From Diplonema japonicum (taxonomy: Eukaryota > Protista > Euglenozoa: Diplonemea), in the NCBI GenBank assembly GCA_964019335.1, contig OZ025662.1:124001-188000 (forward strand): a stretch of 64,000 nt of DNA. The letters are read 5' to 3'. The translations under genes were made by a program, and so were the position numbers. The stretch's first letter is position 1, and the number at the start of each line of letters is the position of its first letter. Positions 9,931-20,496 of the stretch are shown here, one piece after another. The notes beneath the pieces are model-generated. The model worked only from the letters and a program-made list of their open reading frames with translations, was not told the origin of the DNA and did not search any database.

Positions 9931-12350
9931 AGTGGTGGATGCGGTTGAGGACTGGTGCAGGGAGCGTGACATGCTGCTGAGCACGTCCAAGACGCAGGCA
10001 GTGTGCGTCCCCCCCCCAGAAACGTCTCGGGGTCTACTTCACTTCGTCACGAGTCCCCCTTCAGCCAGGTGCCTTCCAGAACCCACTCTTCGGCCTGGGG
10101 GTGAACGCCGATGGCACGATCTCCGGGGACCAGGAGCTGGCGGGCCTTCAGGTTGTGGAGGCGGGTGGTGTGCGGATCCGCTGCGTGCGGGACATGCATG
10201 CAGCCGTGCGACGGCCCAACGTGGACTACGTTGCGGCCCGTCCCCTGCCTCTGTCTGAACACGCGAGGTACCTTGGGGTTACGGTGGACTCTGGGCTCAC
10301 GTTCGGTGAACACGCACAGGACATCCTACGGCGGGCCAGCAAAAGGCTGAGGGTGCTGAAGCTCTTGTCCGGCACGTCCTGGGGCAGCAAGAGGGACACT
10401 CTGCGGTCTCTCTACGTTACGTACATCCTCCCGCTGCTGCGCTACTGCATGGGGGTCTACTACAGCAGGCTCGATGATGTCGGGAGGAAGGACCTGGCTG
10501 GGCTTCACCAGGAGGCGGCGGTGCTGATCACGGGCTGCTGGAGTGGCTCCGGAGGGTACAAGCTCCTAGCAGAGGCAGGACTGCTTCCCCTCGAAAGAAT
10601 GGCTGAGGGTGCTGCGGCGACGATGACGGCGAAGGCCTTCTGCTGGCAGTCCTCCCCGGTTCACAGGGAGACGGTCAAGCTGAAGCAGGCGAACAGGCTG
10701 GGGTGTGGGTGGCTGCGCTCTGGCTACCAAGCACTGCGTCGATGCGGGTTGGAACCAAAGGTGCACTTCGAGTACCTGTCGGCTACGCCCCTGGCGGCCC
10801 CGTGGCAGACAGGCATGGTCGACTTCAGGACTGACCTCCCCGGCGGGGTCACGCGATCGTCGCCAGACGCGGACAGGCGGAAGGCGGCCGAGGCTGCTCT
10901 TGCGGCTCTCCCCCCGGGCATCCATGCCTACACGGATGGCTCGGTTGTACAGGTCGGACAGAAGGCGAAAGGTGGCTCTGGGGTTTATCTGCAGCTGCCT
11001 CCCCCCCTGACCCCTGTGTCTGTGTGCCATGGCGTCAACGACTTCTGTTCATCTTTTCGGGCAGAGGGCATGGCTGTGAAAACGGCGCTGGATATGGTGG
11101 CTACCCTCCGAAAAACACACCCTTCGCTGGCGAAGTCCCCGCTGTCGATCTGCACCGACTCCCTCTCCCTCGTCGAGCAGCTGCGAGCTGGCCCAACGCG
11201 ACAGAGGGAGAAGCTCGACCACCAGACGTGGAGCCGGCTGGTGACCGCGGCGCGCACGCAGGGGACACCGGTGGTCCTCCAGTTTGTGCCCTCCCACTGT
11301 GGGGTGGACGGGAACGAGAAGGCTGACGCTCTGGCCGGGGAGGGAACGAAGCGGAAGCAGGACAGGCCCTCCCTTGACTACCGATCAGTGAGGGCCCTGG
11401 TGCGACGGTGGGTGGTGCGGAGGTCCGCGGAGCTCATAACATCCCTCGCCCACAACTACGCGGTGGCGACCGAGCTTCGGTCCGCGCACTTCCCCCTTGG
11501 CTTCCCCAGACAAGCTGAAACGGTCATCTCGCGGCTGCGGATTGGTCACTCGGCTCTCTTCTTCGGCTTCCTGCAGACTGCTGGCCCGAACAGGAAGCAC
11601 AAGGGTGTGCTCCGGTGCCCAGCCTGCCACGCAGCACCGATGTCCAGGGAGCATGTTGTCGGTGGGTGCCCTGTGATCGGGAGGGGGGCGATCGACACTC
11701 CTGCTGGTACTCCCTCCCTAGCCTTCTCCCTGTCGAGACGCGTGACCCAGATCTACGACCTCGTTGTTGAGTCTGGCCTGCTCGCCTGGTCACGCTCCGG
11801 ACTGTTCACCTCGCCATCATCCCTGGCGTCTACAGACGTCACTGCACCTTCAAACGTGCCGCCCCCTCCTCCGGTCTCTCTTGACGCCGGTCCCGCGGCC
11901 CCCGTGCTGCGCTAAGGGATCGCCCGCGTGTGTGTAAAGTGAAATGTTGTGTTTTCCACTTTCCTTTCCCTTCCTTCACCTTCCTCTCACTGTTTCCCAT
12001 TTCCCCTTTTTTTTATTTTCACACTCACCAATGATTCGCTCAATAGGAGCAATACCTCCCTGGGGGGCTTTCCGCCGGAGGTTCCAGCCAAAGAAGGACA
12101 TCCAGCTGGAAGGTAGGCCCCCGTTTTTCTCTCACTTGACTGAGGGAATAATGTAATTCAGCCCTCTTCGGCTGTCCCAAAGCAGAGCACGGGTTGGTGG
12201 GGGACCAGGGCTCCTCCTGCTTGCAGAAGCCTGGTCCATTGCCCTCCCTATTTCCCCATGGTTTCCCCTCACCTTTTTTTTCCCTTTTCTCAGGTGTTGC
12301 TCTCCATGGCGGCCCTGCATTGGTATTTTGAAAAAAAAAAAAAAAAAAAA
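9931..12350 (+). mobile_element. 5'-truncated family A copy (RT end, RNase H, 3' UTR, poly(A)) with a +1 C frameshift near 10010
   Basis: Near-identical to 1958-4381. The C-run has 9 C versus 8 in the intact copy. Confidence 0.92.
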
Positions 12351-12353
12351 TGG

Positions 12354-12490
12354 GGTGGGGGGTCTGCGACACATTAAAAACAAATTTAAAAAAAAAAAAA
12401 AAATTTACAAAAATGGACCAGACCAACGCGGACGCCTCCACGAGGCCCCCACTGGACAGCTTGCAGATGCAAGTCGACGAAGCAGCCGCG
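12354..12490 (+). ncRNA. HDV-like self-cleaving ribozyme (B' 5' end)
   Basis: P1 GGUGGGG/CCCCACU, long A-rich J1/2, P2 CGCGG/CCGCG with an internal loop, P3 GCC/GGC, L3 UCCACGA, P1.1 GG, P4 CUUGCA/UGCAAG, J4/2 CGAA. Confidence 0.78.
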
Positions 12491-13084
12491 GAGGAGGTTC
12501 CAGAGTTAAATCTGGACCTCGAGAAGAAGGAGGAGAAGGAAGAAGGGAAGGGGCGTCCAGGGAACTGGGTCATGGGCCCCTTGCCGAAGAAGGTCGACGG
12601 GGAGGGAGCGGCAGAGATTCTCGCCGCAACGATAGCAGGAGAGACGGAAAAGGCCGTCATCCTGAAGACGGCAAATGCCGTCTTTTTACTTTTCTCCGCC
12701 GCCACCCCACCAAAACACACCCAAACGAAGGTGAACGGCCAGATAGCGACGCTACTACCTGCCGTCAAGGTGGTGGACCCCCTCGAGGCAAGAGAGGAAA
12801 AAAAGTGGAAAGGGAAGGGCGGAAAGAAAACAAAAAAAAGCCGCCTCAACAGGTACTCGGTAGATGGATTCTTAGCCCACTACAGGGAAAAGACGGGGTG
12901 GAGCCTCTACAAGGAGGCTGTCGAGGAATGGAAACAAAGAAGGGCTCCACCTCCTCCTTCCGCCCTAAAGTCGAGAGATCCTCAACAACAGCAGAACCCA
13001 GAACACTTAAAGGTTCTGGAAGAGCTACGGGGACAGCAGCAGGTGCTGCAACAACAACTGCAGATGCAACAGCAACAGCTTTAA
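12413..13084 (+). CDS. Family B' ORF1 (223 aa, unknown fold, Q-rich coiled C-terminus)
   Basis: ATG in AAAATG context near the element 5' end; stop just before the A-rich linker; identical copy at 25419-26090. Confidence 0.75.
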   Translation: MDQTNADASTRPPLDSLQMQVDEAAAEEVPELNLDLEKKEEKEEGKGRPGNWVMGPLPKKVDGEGAAEILAATIAGETEKAVILKTANAVFLLFSAATPPKHTQTKVNGQIATLLPAVKVVDPLEAREEKKWKGKGGKKTKKSRLNRYSVDGFLAHYREKTGWSLYKEAVEEWKQRRAPPPPSALKSRDPQQQQNPEHLKVLEELRGQQQVLQQQLQMQQQQL

Positions 13085-13298
13085 TTAAAAAAAAAAAACA
13101 AACAAAAAAAAAAAAAAAAAAACATAAAGAACATAAACGAGCTAAAAAAAAAAAAAAAACAACATCAAAAAAAAAAAAAGAAAAACCAAAAGAAAAAAAG
13201 TTGTCAAAAGAAAAAAGGAGGACAACAACAGCAACAAAAACAACAACAACAACAAGAAGTCTGCAGAACAACACAAGCACTTTGCACAAGAGAAGTAT

Positions 13299-13458
13299 GT
13301 ACGACTTGGCTACTTCCCGCGGTCGAATCCTGGCCGGCCCCAACCGAGGGTGTCCACGGGGGACAAGGCGTTAGTGGTGGCGACGAGAGGTCTGTTAGGG
13401 CCGGCCCCCCCCAAGTCGTACAACCCTATCTTCGAAGACCTGAAGGTAGGGGTGACCA
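13299..13458 (+). ncRNA. Conserved structured RNA upstream of ORF2 (copy in B')
   Basis: Same stems as 5107-5270 with different loop sequences. Confidence 0.75.
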
Positions 13459-13507
13459 CATAGGCAGTGCGTTGTTCTTGCAGTACCGACCTTCGACGGC
13501 CGCTTCA

Positions 13508-16500
13508 ATGAAGAAGAGAAGATCCGGACCACATGGGATGGATATCTTGAGATGCGGCGACGTCGAACAAAACCCGGGGCCAGCCGTTGGTGGGGTGAGG
13601 AACGGGTGGCTCAAGATAGTCTCACTCAACGTAAGGTCCCTCAGAGCTAGGAAGGCCGAAATAGAGAGGGCTATCGATGAAATGGCGCCGGACATCCTGT
13701 GTCTCCAAGAGACACACCTTACATCAGACGATGACATGCATGGATGGTTCGACGGGTACAAAGCCTTTCGGAGGGACAGGACGAGGCCGAGAAGAAGAGG
13801 ATTTCCCATTAAGGGCGGCGGCTTGTTGACACTCGTGAAGGAAGGCATCAGCGCCAGCAGGGTTTCAGCGAAGGAGAGCAGGGACGTGACAGAGAGGCTG
13901 GACGTGAAGATCTACCCACCGGGACAGAAAGAGATTCTCCTAGTGAACATTTACCTCCCACCGACATCACCGTCAGATCCCAGCGATGACAGACCTGCCA
14001 TCGACTCATACTTCAACCCGTACTCACTTCCTACTGGAGACAATACCCTGATCATGGGGGACTTCAACGCCCATCACCCACTGTGGGATGGAAGGAAGAA
14101 AAAAGAAGACCCTATAGGAAGCAAAATCGCAGCGTGGATGGTCGATAAAGGGATGAGACCCTGGAACGACAGATATAAGCCCACACTCCTTAACACAAGA
14201 GGGACACTATCCTCGCCAGACTTGGTTATAAGCGGACCTGACATGGAATCTACATCCTGGACAACCCTAGAGTCATGGGGTTCCGACCACATTCCCATGT
14301 CCATCGAAATCAGAACCAAGTTTGAAGTCAAGACGACAGAAAGGAGATTCTGCTTCAAAAAAGCGGATTGGGCTGGCTTCAGGGATTATCTTGAGCACGC
14401 CCTAAGGCACCTGCAGAGAACAGGTGACCCCGTGAAATTGAACAAACAGTTCACGAACGCGATCAAAGAAGCCGCCAGGCTCTTCATACCGAGAGGTGGA
14501 GCAAGAGGTGGGAAAGCGTGGTGGACAGAAGAACTAACGCAGTTAGTTGCTCAGCGGAACGCTCTGAAAAAGGAGATAATGTCAGACATTGGCATCCCCT
14601 CGACTGAACAGTGCGAAAGACTCGGAGAAATCAGCCGACAAGTGCAGGAACAAATCGTCGTAGGAAAGAAAAGAGCGTGGGCTGAGTACACGAAGGAATT
14701 GTCACAGAAGAAAGACCTGGGGCATGCTTTCAGGACGATAAAGACGCTCGATGGTAGGAAGGGCAAAGAACCTGTGGCGCCGCTGATGGCTGGTGAAAGA
14801 TTACACACCACAGCGACAGAGAAGGCAGACGCACTGGTGGACCACTACGCGGAGGCATTTGCACTGTAACTGAACAAGGACACCAAGAGAATGCTGGAAA
14901 GAGTAGAACGACTAACCAAGGAAAACGGTGGTCGGAATAACAGGACCGAGTGCCCCGATATAAGCATCGACGAATTGAAGTACGCACTGAGGCAACTTAA
15001 AAAGGGGAAGTCCCCAGGCCCTGACGGTGTGTACAACGAGATGTTAAAGCACCTCGGGGAAACGGCCCTGGACGCGATGCTGCATCTCTTCAATATGTCG
15101 TGGGAGAAGGGTGTAGTTCCGTCGGATTGGAAATACACACACATCGTCCCGCTCTTCAAAGGCAAAGGAAAGCTGAAGAGCGAACCGGCATCGTACAGGC
15201 CGATCTCATTAACCTCGGGAATTTCAAAGACAATGGAGAGGATAGTGAAGATCAGGATCGACTACCACCAAGACGTGGGCGATGTAAAGAAGGTTCACAA
15301 AATGCAGTCAGGTTTCAGGAAGGGGCGTTCCACTGAAGAGAACGTCTTGCAGGTTACAACGAAACTAGATCGCATCAGAGGAGACGAGTTCTGCGGGGGT
15401 CTCCTGCTCTTTGACCTGAAAGGGGCTTTTGATACAGTCTGGCATAAAGGCCTGAACGCAAAGCTGAGATACAGCAAGTACCCGCAGAGGATAACGAACT
15501 GGGTCGCTGCCTTCCTGGACCAAAGGGTTGCAGCCGTCAAGGTGGACGGCAAGATAGGGAAACAAAGGCAGATAAAAGGAGGGGTTCCACAGGGGACAAT
15601 CCTGGCTCCGACCCTCTTCTCAATATACATGGACGACCTGTCAGCGATTTTCGCAAAGGAGGGAATTGACGCTGTGATGGGCGCTACTGAGAAGACTGGC
15701 AGGGACGAAGTGGGGTTGCAAGAAAGTGGTAATGAGGGCACTCTACCTCACGTACGTACAGCCAGTTTTCCGTTACTGTCTGGGGGCGTACGGACCTTTC
15801 GTGATAGGCGGGAGGGGCACGTACCACGAAGGAATCCAGAAGCTGCAGTACCGGGCAGCTTTAACGATCACAGGATGTGTAGCGACATCAGAGACATTCG
15901 CTACACTAAACGAGGCTGGCTTGTGGACACTCGATGCGCTGATCGAACACGACAGTTTACTGCTGTACGAGTCCATCATTAGGAAGGAGAACACAGCTGC
16001 CTTTCAAGCTACACAACCCCTGAAGGATCTGACCAGATACGAGGTACTGTTCCCGAAGAAAACATGGTCAGATCGACAAAGGGAAGCAGCCAGGGCCTAC
16101 AAGCTCCCAGAGAGAGCGGCAACACCATTCTCAGGTTATGCCTTTGAGAAGAAGTACAGAGTTACACCTTGGCAGAGATTCGAGGGTAAACTGATACTGG
16201 CCCCCTTCCTCGACATACATGTGAGGAGATCGGACACCAGTGAAGTCAGAAGGAAAGCAACAGAGGACACTCTGAACGGGCTTATCGAGAAGCACGGAAA
16301 AGCCTTCTGCATGATCTTCACAGACGGGTCATTGAAGGACGGCAGGAACGGAGGAGCTGCTGCGATACTGTTGCGAGGGGAGAGAAAAGCTTCGTATGGG
16401 GTCAGCGGTGGATCCTATACGTCATCCTACAGGTGCGAGCAAAGGGCCATAGAGCTGGGGCTGCACCTCGCGACAAACCTCTCGAAGAGAGTGGGCACGA

Positions 16501-17147
16501 GCCAAGAGATGGTCCTTATTTGCACTGATTCGCAGTCGGTAATAAGGAGGATGTGCCAGGGGAACCTGTCCGCTGTCTCTGCAGACGAGTACAAACTGTG
16601 GCACGAGGTAGCGGGGCTTGTAAAGAGAGGCCACAAAGTGGTCATACAGTACGTACCAAGTCACTGCGGATTCAAATGGAACGAGATGGCGGACAAGAAG
16701 GCGAAGGAGACCTGCCGGGCAGTTGCCCACGAACAGAAGACCAGCATAGACATCGTGAAGTCACTGGTCAGAAAAAAGGTACTGGCGAGCCACCTCCTCT
16801 TCTGGAAAAAAACGGGTGTCAAGGAGACATACCGAGAGCTTTTCGCAGGGAATTTCGAGAAGTTTGAAGAGCTAAACAGGGAACAAGAAGTTGCGATCAT
16901 GAGGCTGAGAGTGGGGAAGAGCCCCCTCATAAGCGGGTATCTACTCAATCCCCCAGTCGATGTGGTCACATGCCACCTTTGTTCGATGCCTCAGACGCTG
17001 AGCCACCTCCTGAAAGAATGCCAGGACGATGGTAGAGCTGACCAGAGAAGTCAGATCTTCGGTTCCTCCCTTCCTTCGCTCAAGGCCCTACTGTCAACTG
17101 ACGCCGGGAAAACCGTACAATTCCTGGAACAGCAGGGCCTGTTGTGA
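13508..17147 (+). pseudogene. Family B' ORF2 (2A-APE-RT-RH), disrupted
   Basis: In-frame TAA at 14867-14869 and a deletion/frameshift near 15680 that removes YADD (reads DAVM|GATE). Confidence 0.9.
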
Positions 17148-18000
17148 CCGACCGTGGGATATAATCCCCTTTATAAATTAAATTATATTATATACTTTAC
17201 TTTTTTACTTTTCTTTCAAATTATCCTGAGTTTGAAGATGTACTGTTGTTATACGACTTCAGACAGCAATTGTTTCTAACTCAATCTCTCGACTCTGGCT
17301 TCACTCCTATCCTTTCTTTTCACCTCCCTCCCCAGTGTCTTCCCTTATTTTCCATTACCAGGCCCCTGACCCCCGCCCCCAGTGTTATTCAAATTTTCCA
17401 CTCACCTTTCATTTTGAAAGAAAAAAGAAAAAAAAAAAAAAAAGAAAAAAAAGGACAGATGATTCAAGCTTCGGTGTACACAATCGAGCTTGATTTGAAT
17501 TCCTTTATTTTGAGAAAAAAAAAAAAAAAAAAAAGAAGAAAAAAAAAAAAAAACTGAAGAACGAAACTTAATTGAATTGAATTTATTGGCTCCCGAAAGC
17601 CCAACAAGTCCAGCAGACGGTGGAGTTTCACAGTCAGCTGGTTAATTTTTCACAATTGAAACTCCTCCAAAGTTCTTAAAATCTGGGAGGTCGTCTCTTG
17701 TTACTAGAGGCGGCTAATGCCTCGAGACCCAGGTGCTGCCTGGTGGGTGGGATCGGTTTTATTTTATTATGAAAAGAGCGTGGTGAGGGGGTCCAAGTAA
17801 TTTACTACAGGGAGCAGCGGACCAGGACCCCTCGACCAATGGCTCAGTAACAGAGACTGCTTTTCACGAATCACTTTCAAACACCTCTCTTGGTTTGAAG
17901 TGATGTCCCTTTCCCTTTCCCTTGAATGGTTTTCTCTACTCCCCTTCGATCCTCCCGCCTGGTAGTGGAATATTTATTATTATTATTTAAAAAAAAAATA

Positions 18001-18115
18001 GGTGGGAACGCTTACACGACAATAAAAAAAAAAGAAATGTCTGATAAGCAGAAGGAAGCTGGCACCTCCACGAGGTCCCCACTGGGCGGCGCGAAAGGCG
18101 CCGGCGAAGACCAGC
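18001..18115 (+). ncRNA. HDV-like ribozyme (C 5' end)
   Basis: P1 GGUGGG(A)/(C)CCCACU, P2 GCUGG-C/G-A-CCAGC, P3 ACC/GGU, L3 UCCACGA, P1.1 GG, P4 CGGCGC/GCGCCG, J4/2 CGAA. Confidence 0.85.
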
Positions 18116-18917
18116 CCCCGATAGCCCTGACACTTGACCCCACGCCACCGACCCCAACGACAAGAACTAAATGCCTCTATGTAGACGTAGCTGTGTCCCC
18201 ATCCTGTAGCTGGTCGCAGCTAGCTTCAATTCTCAGCGAGATCAGATGGGGGAAGCTTTTAAGGTTTGACGGCACCATTGGTGCCATCAGAGCTGAAGCC
18301 CCTCCCCCCTCTGTGAAGTTGGAAGTGAAGCTGGGTGAGATCGAGCAGACTGTGCACCTCCTTGTGCAAACGGGGGGTCTGCTGGACTACAGGAGGTCCT
18401 TGCCGGGGGGCAAGACAAAGAGGAAGGCTACGGCGATAGAGTTCCGTAGGTTCTTCGGAAACGCCGGTCCCGCGGCCCCCGTGCTGCGCTAAGGGATCGC
18501 CCGCGTGTGTGTAAAGTGAAATGTTGTGTTTTCCACTTTCCTTTCCCTTCCTTTCCCTTCCTTCACCTTCCTCTCACTGTTTCCCATTTCCCCTTTTTTT
18601 TATTTTCACACTCACCAATGATTCGCTCAATAGGAGCAATACCTCCCTGGGGGGCTTTCCGCCGGAGGTTCCAGCCAAAGAAGGACATCCAGCTGGAAGG
18701 TAGGCCCCCGTTTTTCTCTCACTTGACTGAGGGAAAAATGTAATTCAGCCCTCTTCGGCTGTCCCAAAGCAGAGCACGGGTTGGTGGGTGACCAGGGCTC
18801 CTCCTGCTTGCAGAAGCCTGGTCCATTGCCCTCCCTATTTCCCCATGGTTTCCATTCACCTTTTTTTCCCTTTTCTCAGGTGTTGCTCTCCATGGCGGCC
18901 CTGCATTGGTATTTTGG

Positions 18918-18947
<30 letters not shown>
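18001..18947 (+). mobile_element. Chimeric mini-element: family C 5' end fused to family A 3' end
   Basis: 18001-18462 matches the reverse complement of 35374-34913. From about 18461 it matches the last codons of A (AGPAAPVLR*), its 3' UTR and poly(A). Fusion ORF 18037-18492. Confidence 0.9.
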
Positions 18948-18950
<3 letters not shown>

Positions 18951-19065
18951 GGTTGGGGTACACATAAAAAAAAGAACAACAACATGGTGTGAAGTATCCT
19001 GCGCTGTCCTCCTCGTGGTGGCCCCTGGGACCGCAGGCCAGGGAGGGCTGTGGTGCGAAAGCGCG
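18948..19065 (+). ncRNA. HDV-like ribozyme (D 5' end)
   Basis: P1 GGGGGUU/GGCCCCU, P2 UGCGCU/AGCGCG, L3 UCCUCGU closed by CC/GG, P1.1 GG, P4 ACCGCAG/CUGUGGU, J4/2 CGAA. G1 is the first base after the upstream poly(A). Confidence 0.85.
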
Positions 19066-19209
19066 AAGGCGTGTCGGGGAGGGTGCCGGAACGAAGACGG
19101 TCTGTTTGGCACAAGCCGCTATCGGGGCACCGGTAGCGGGGGTGTAAGACCACTCAGACTCGGTCTGAGCAAAAGGCATTCTCTCCCATCGCGCGGCGTG
19201 TGCGTGGTT

Positions 19210-19688
19210 GCGTGCGGCGGCGACACCCACCGTTCCTGTTCATTCCACCAGCGTCGAGAGGCTGAGACCGATCTCGCGCACAGTGGAGGCCACAGGTTGT
19301 TCCCGGCGCCCTTGTAGCGTTGTCAGTCCTGCCCCAACTGAAAGGCCAGTCAGGACACAGGCTAACTGGGTACAGGTACTCGGACAACGGTGGGGTGAAC
19401 AGGAGCGGTGGGTTGTGGCTGGTGTCGCTGGTGAGTGGCGTACGGTTTGTTTGTGCTGGTTCCGCTGTGTTGTGGTGTGATGCGTGCGGCGGCGTCGCCC
19501 AGTGTTCCAGCGTACCCCATCCGAGAGTCGTGAGGCTGAGACCGGTCTCGCGCGAAGTGGAGGCCACAGTGTTGATCCCGGCGCCCTTCAGGCAATGACC
19601 GCCCTGTCGCAACTGGAAGGCCAGACAGATCGGTAGCCGAACTGGGTACAGACAAACGGATCGACGGTGGGGTGCACGGGGACACTGG
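19210..19688 (+). repeat. Two diverged ~200-bp direct repeats inside element D (19210-19403, 19482-19688)
   Basis: Shared blocks GCGTGCGGCGGCG, GAGGCTGAGACCG, AGTGGAGGCCACAG, TCCCGGCGCCCTT, AACTGGGTACAG, ACGGTGGGGTG. Confidence 0.85.
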
Positions 19689-20307
19689 AAGAGAACTGGT
19701 TGCGGTGGAGGTGCTCTAGTCTGTCTGTGTGGCGTGTGCTGCTGGGAGCGAGGCGTGCTGTGCCGGGCCGGCAAGAAGTAGAAGTAGATTTAAACTTTTT
19801 TAGTAATAGTACTCTCATCCCCCATGTCTTCCCTTTTTATTTTGCCCTGTCGTGCACCCCCAACTTCTTTCTTCCTCTCTGGTTATGTTTTCTTTACAAT
19901 TTTATTTTCCAAAGGCTCCACAGCCCAACAAAACCGGCTGAAGGGGATGCCTCCGTGCCGGTGTGCCTACGAGCACTGACGAGGTACCCCACCCCTTGAA
20001 ATCCCGGAGGTTCGGCCAAAGGGTGCTGTTGTGCAATGCGGGCTGGTGAGATGCCGAGGGACGTTGAAGGTGGGCACAGTTGCGAACGCTGGGAGCCCCC
20101 GGGCCTGCCCACCTCCCGCCTCGGTACGTATGGATAGTTGTGGGAGGGTTTTCTTTAAACTTTTACAAAAAATTTTGTCAACCCCTCTTGTTCCCCCTTT
20201 CACTTGCAGGAGGCCCTTCAGGCCTCCTGCGCCTATCCCTCCCCCCCAGCCTTTAGCTTCGCACGACAGTGGTACATTTATTATTATTTATTATAAAAAA
20301 AAAAGTG

Positions 20308-20379
20308 GGGCGTTTAGCTCAGTGGAAGAGCGCCCGTTTCGCATACGGGAGGTCGAGGGTTCGAACCCCTCAATGTCCA
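20308..20379 (+). tRNA. tRNA-Ala(CGC)
   Basis: Full cloverleaf: GGGCGTT/AATGTCC acceptor with G3:U70, GCTC/GAGC D arm, CCCGT-TTCGCAT-ACGGG, GAGGG-TTCGAAC-CCCTC, discriminator A, TTTT terminator downstream. Confidence 0.97.
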
Positions 20380-20419
20380 CCTTTTACATTTACTCCTTTG
20401 AATTTGAGGGAGGAAAAGG

Positions 20420-20491
20420 TGGACATTGAGGGGTTCGAACCCTCGACCTCCCGTATGCGAAACGGGCGCTCTTCCACTGAGCTAAACGCCC
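20420..20491 (-). tRNA. tRNA-Ala(CGC), identical convergent copy
   Basis: Exact reverse complement of 20308-20379, with its own T-run terminator (AAAA at 20414-20417 on +). Confidence 0.97.
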
Positions 20492-20496
20492 CACTA

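Larger units (their letters stand above)
12351..17998 (+). mobile_element. Full-length but inactivated family B' element
   Basis: 5' ribozyme, ORF1, A-rich linker, conserved RNA, disrupted ORF2, ~850-nt 3' region ending AGTGGAATATT(TAT)n poly(A). Confidence 0.92.
18948..20304 (+). mobile_element. Non-coding SINE-like element D (ribozyme, dimeric structured body, 3' pseudoknot, (TTA)n poly(A))
   Basis: Bounded by an upstream poly(A) and its own AGTGGTACATT(TAT)n poly(A). No credible ORF; the first AUG reads ATG GTG TGA. Confidence 0.8.

Noticed and set aside
12328-13374. 348-aa Lys-rich ORF and similar poly-K/poly-F ORFs
   Set aside because: Alternate-frame read-through of A/T homopolymer tracts.
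17944-17964. TTCGATCC T-loop/B-box-like motif near the B' 3' end
   Set aside because: No cloverleaf or A box, and the conserved G before TTCG is missing.
19255-19370. Element D repeats as SRP/Alu-derived (GAGGCTGAG, GGAAGG)
   Set aside because: Only short word matches; the SRP helix 8 and Alu-domain patterns are not reproduced.
19975-20010. CTGACGA...GAAA hammerhead-like motif in D
   Set aside because: Stem II does not pair and there is no valid NUH site; the bases are better explained by the 3' pseudoknot.
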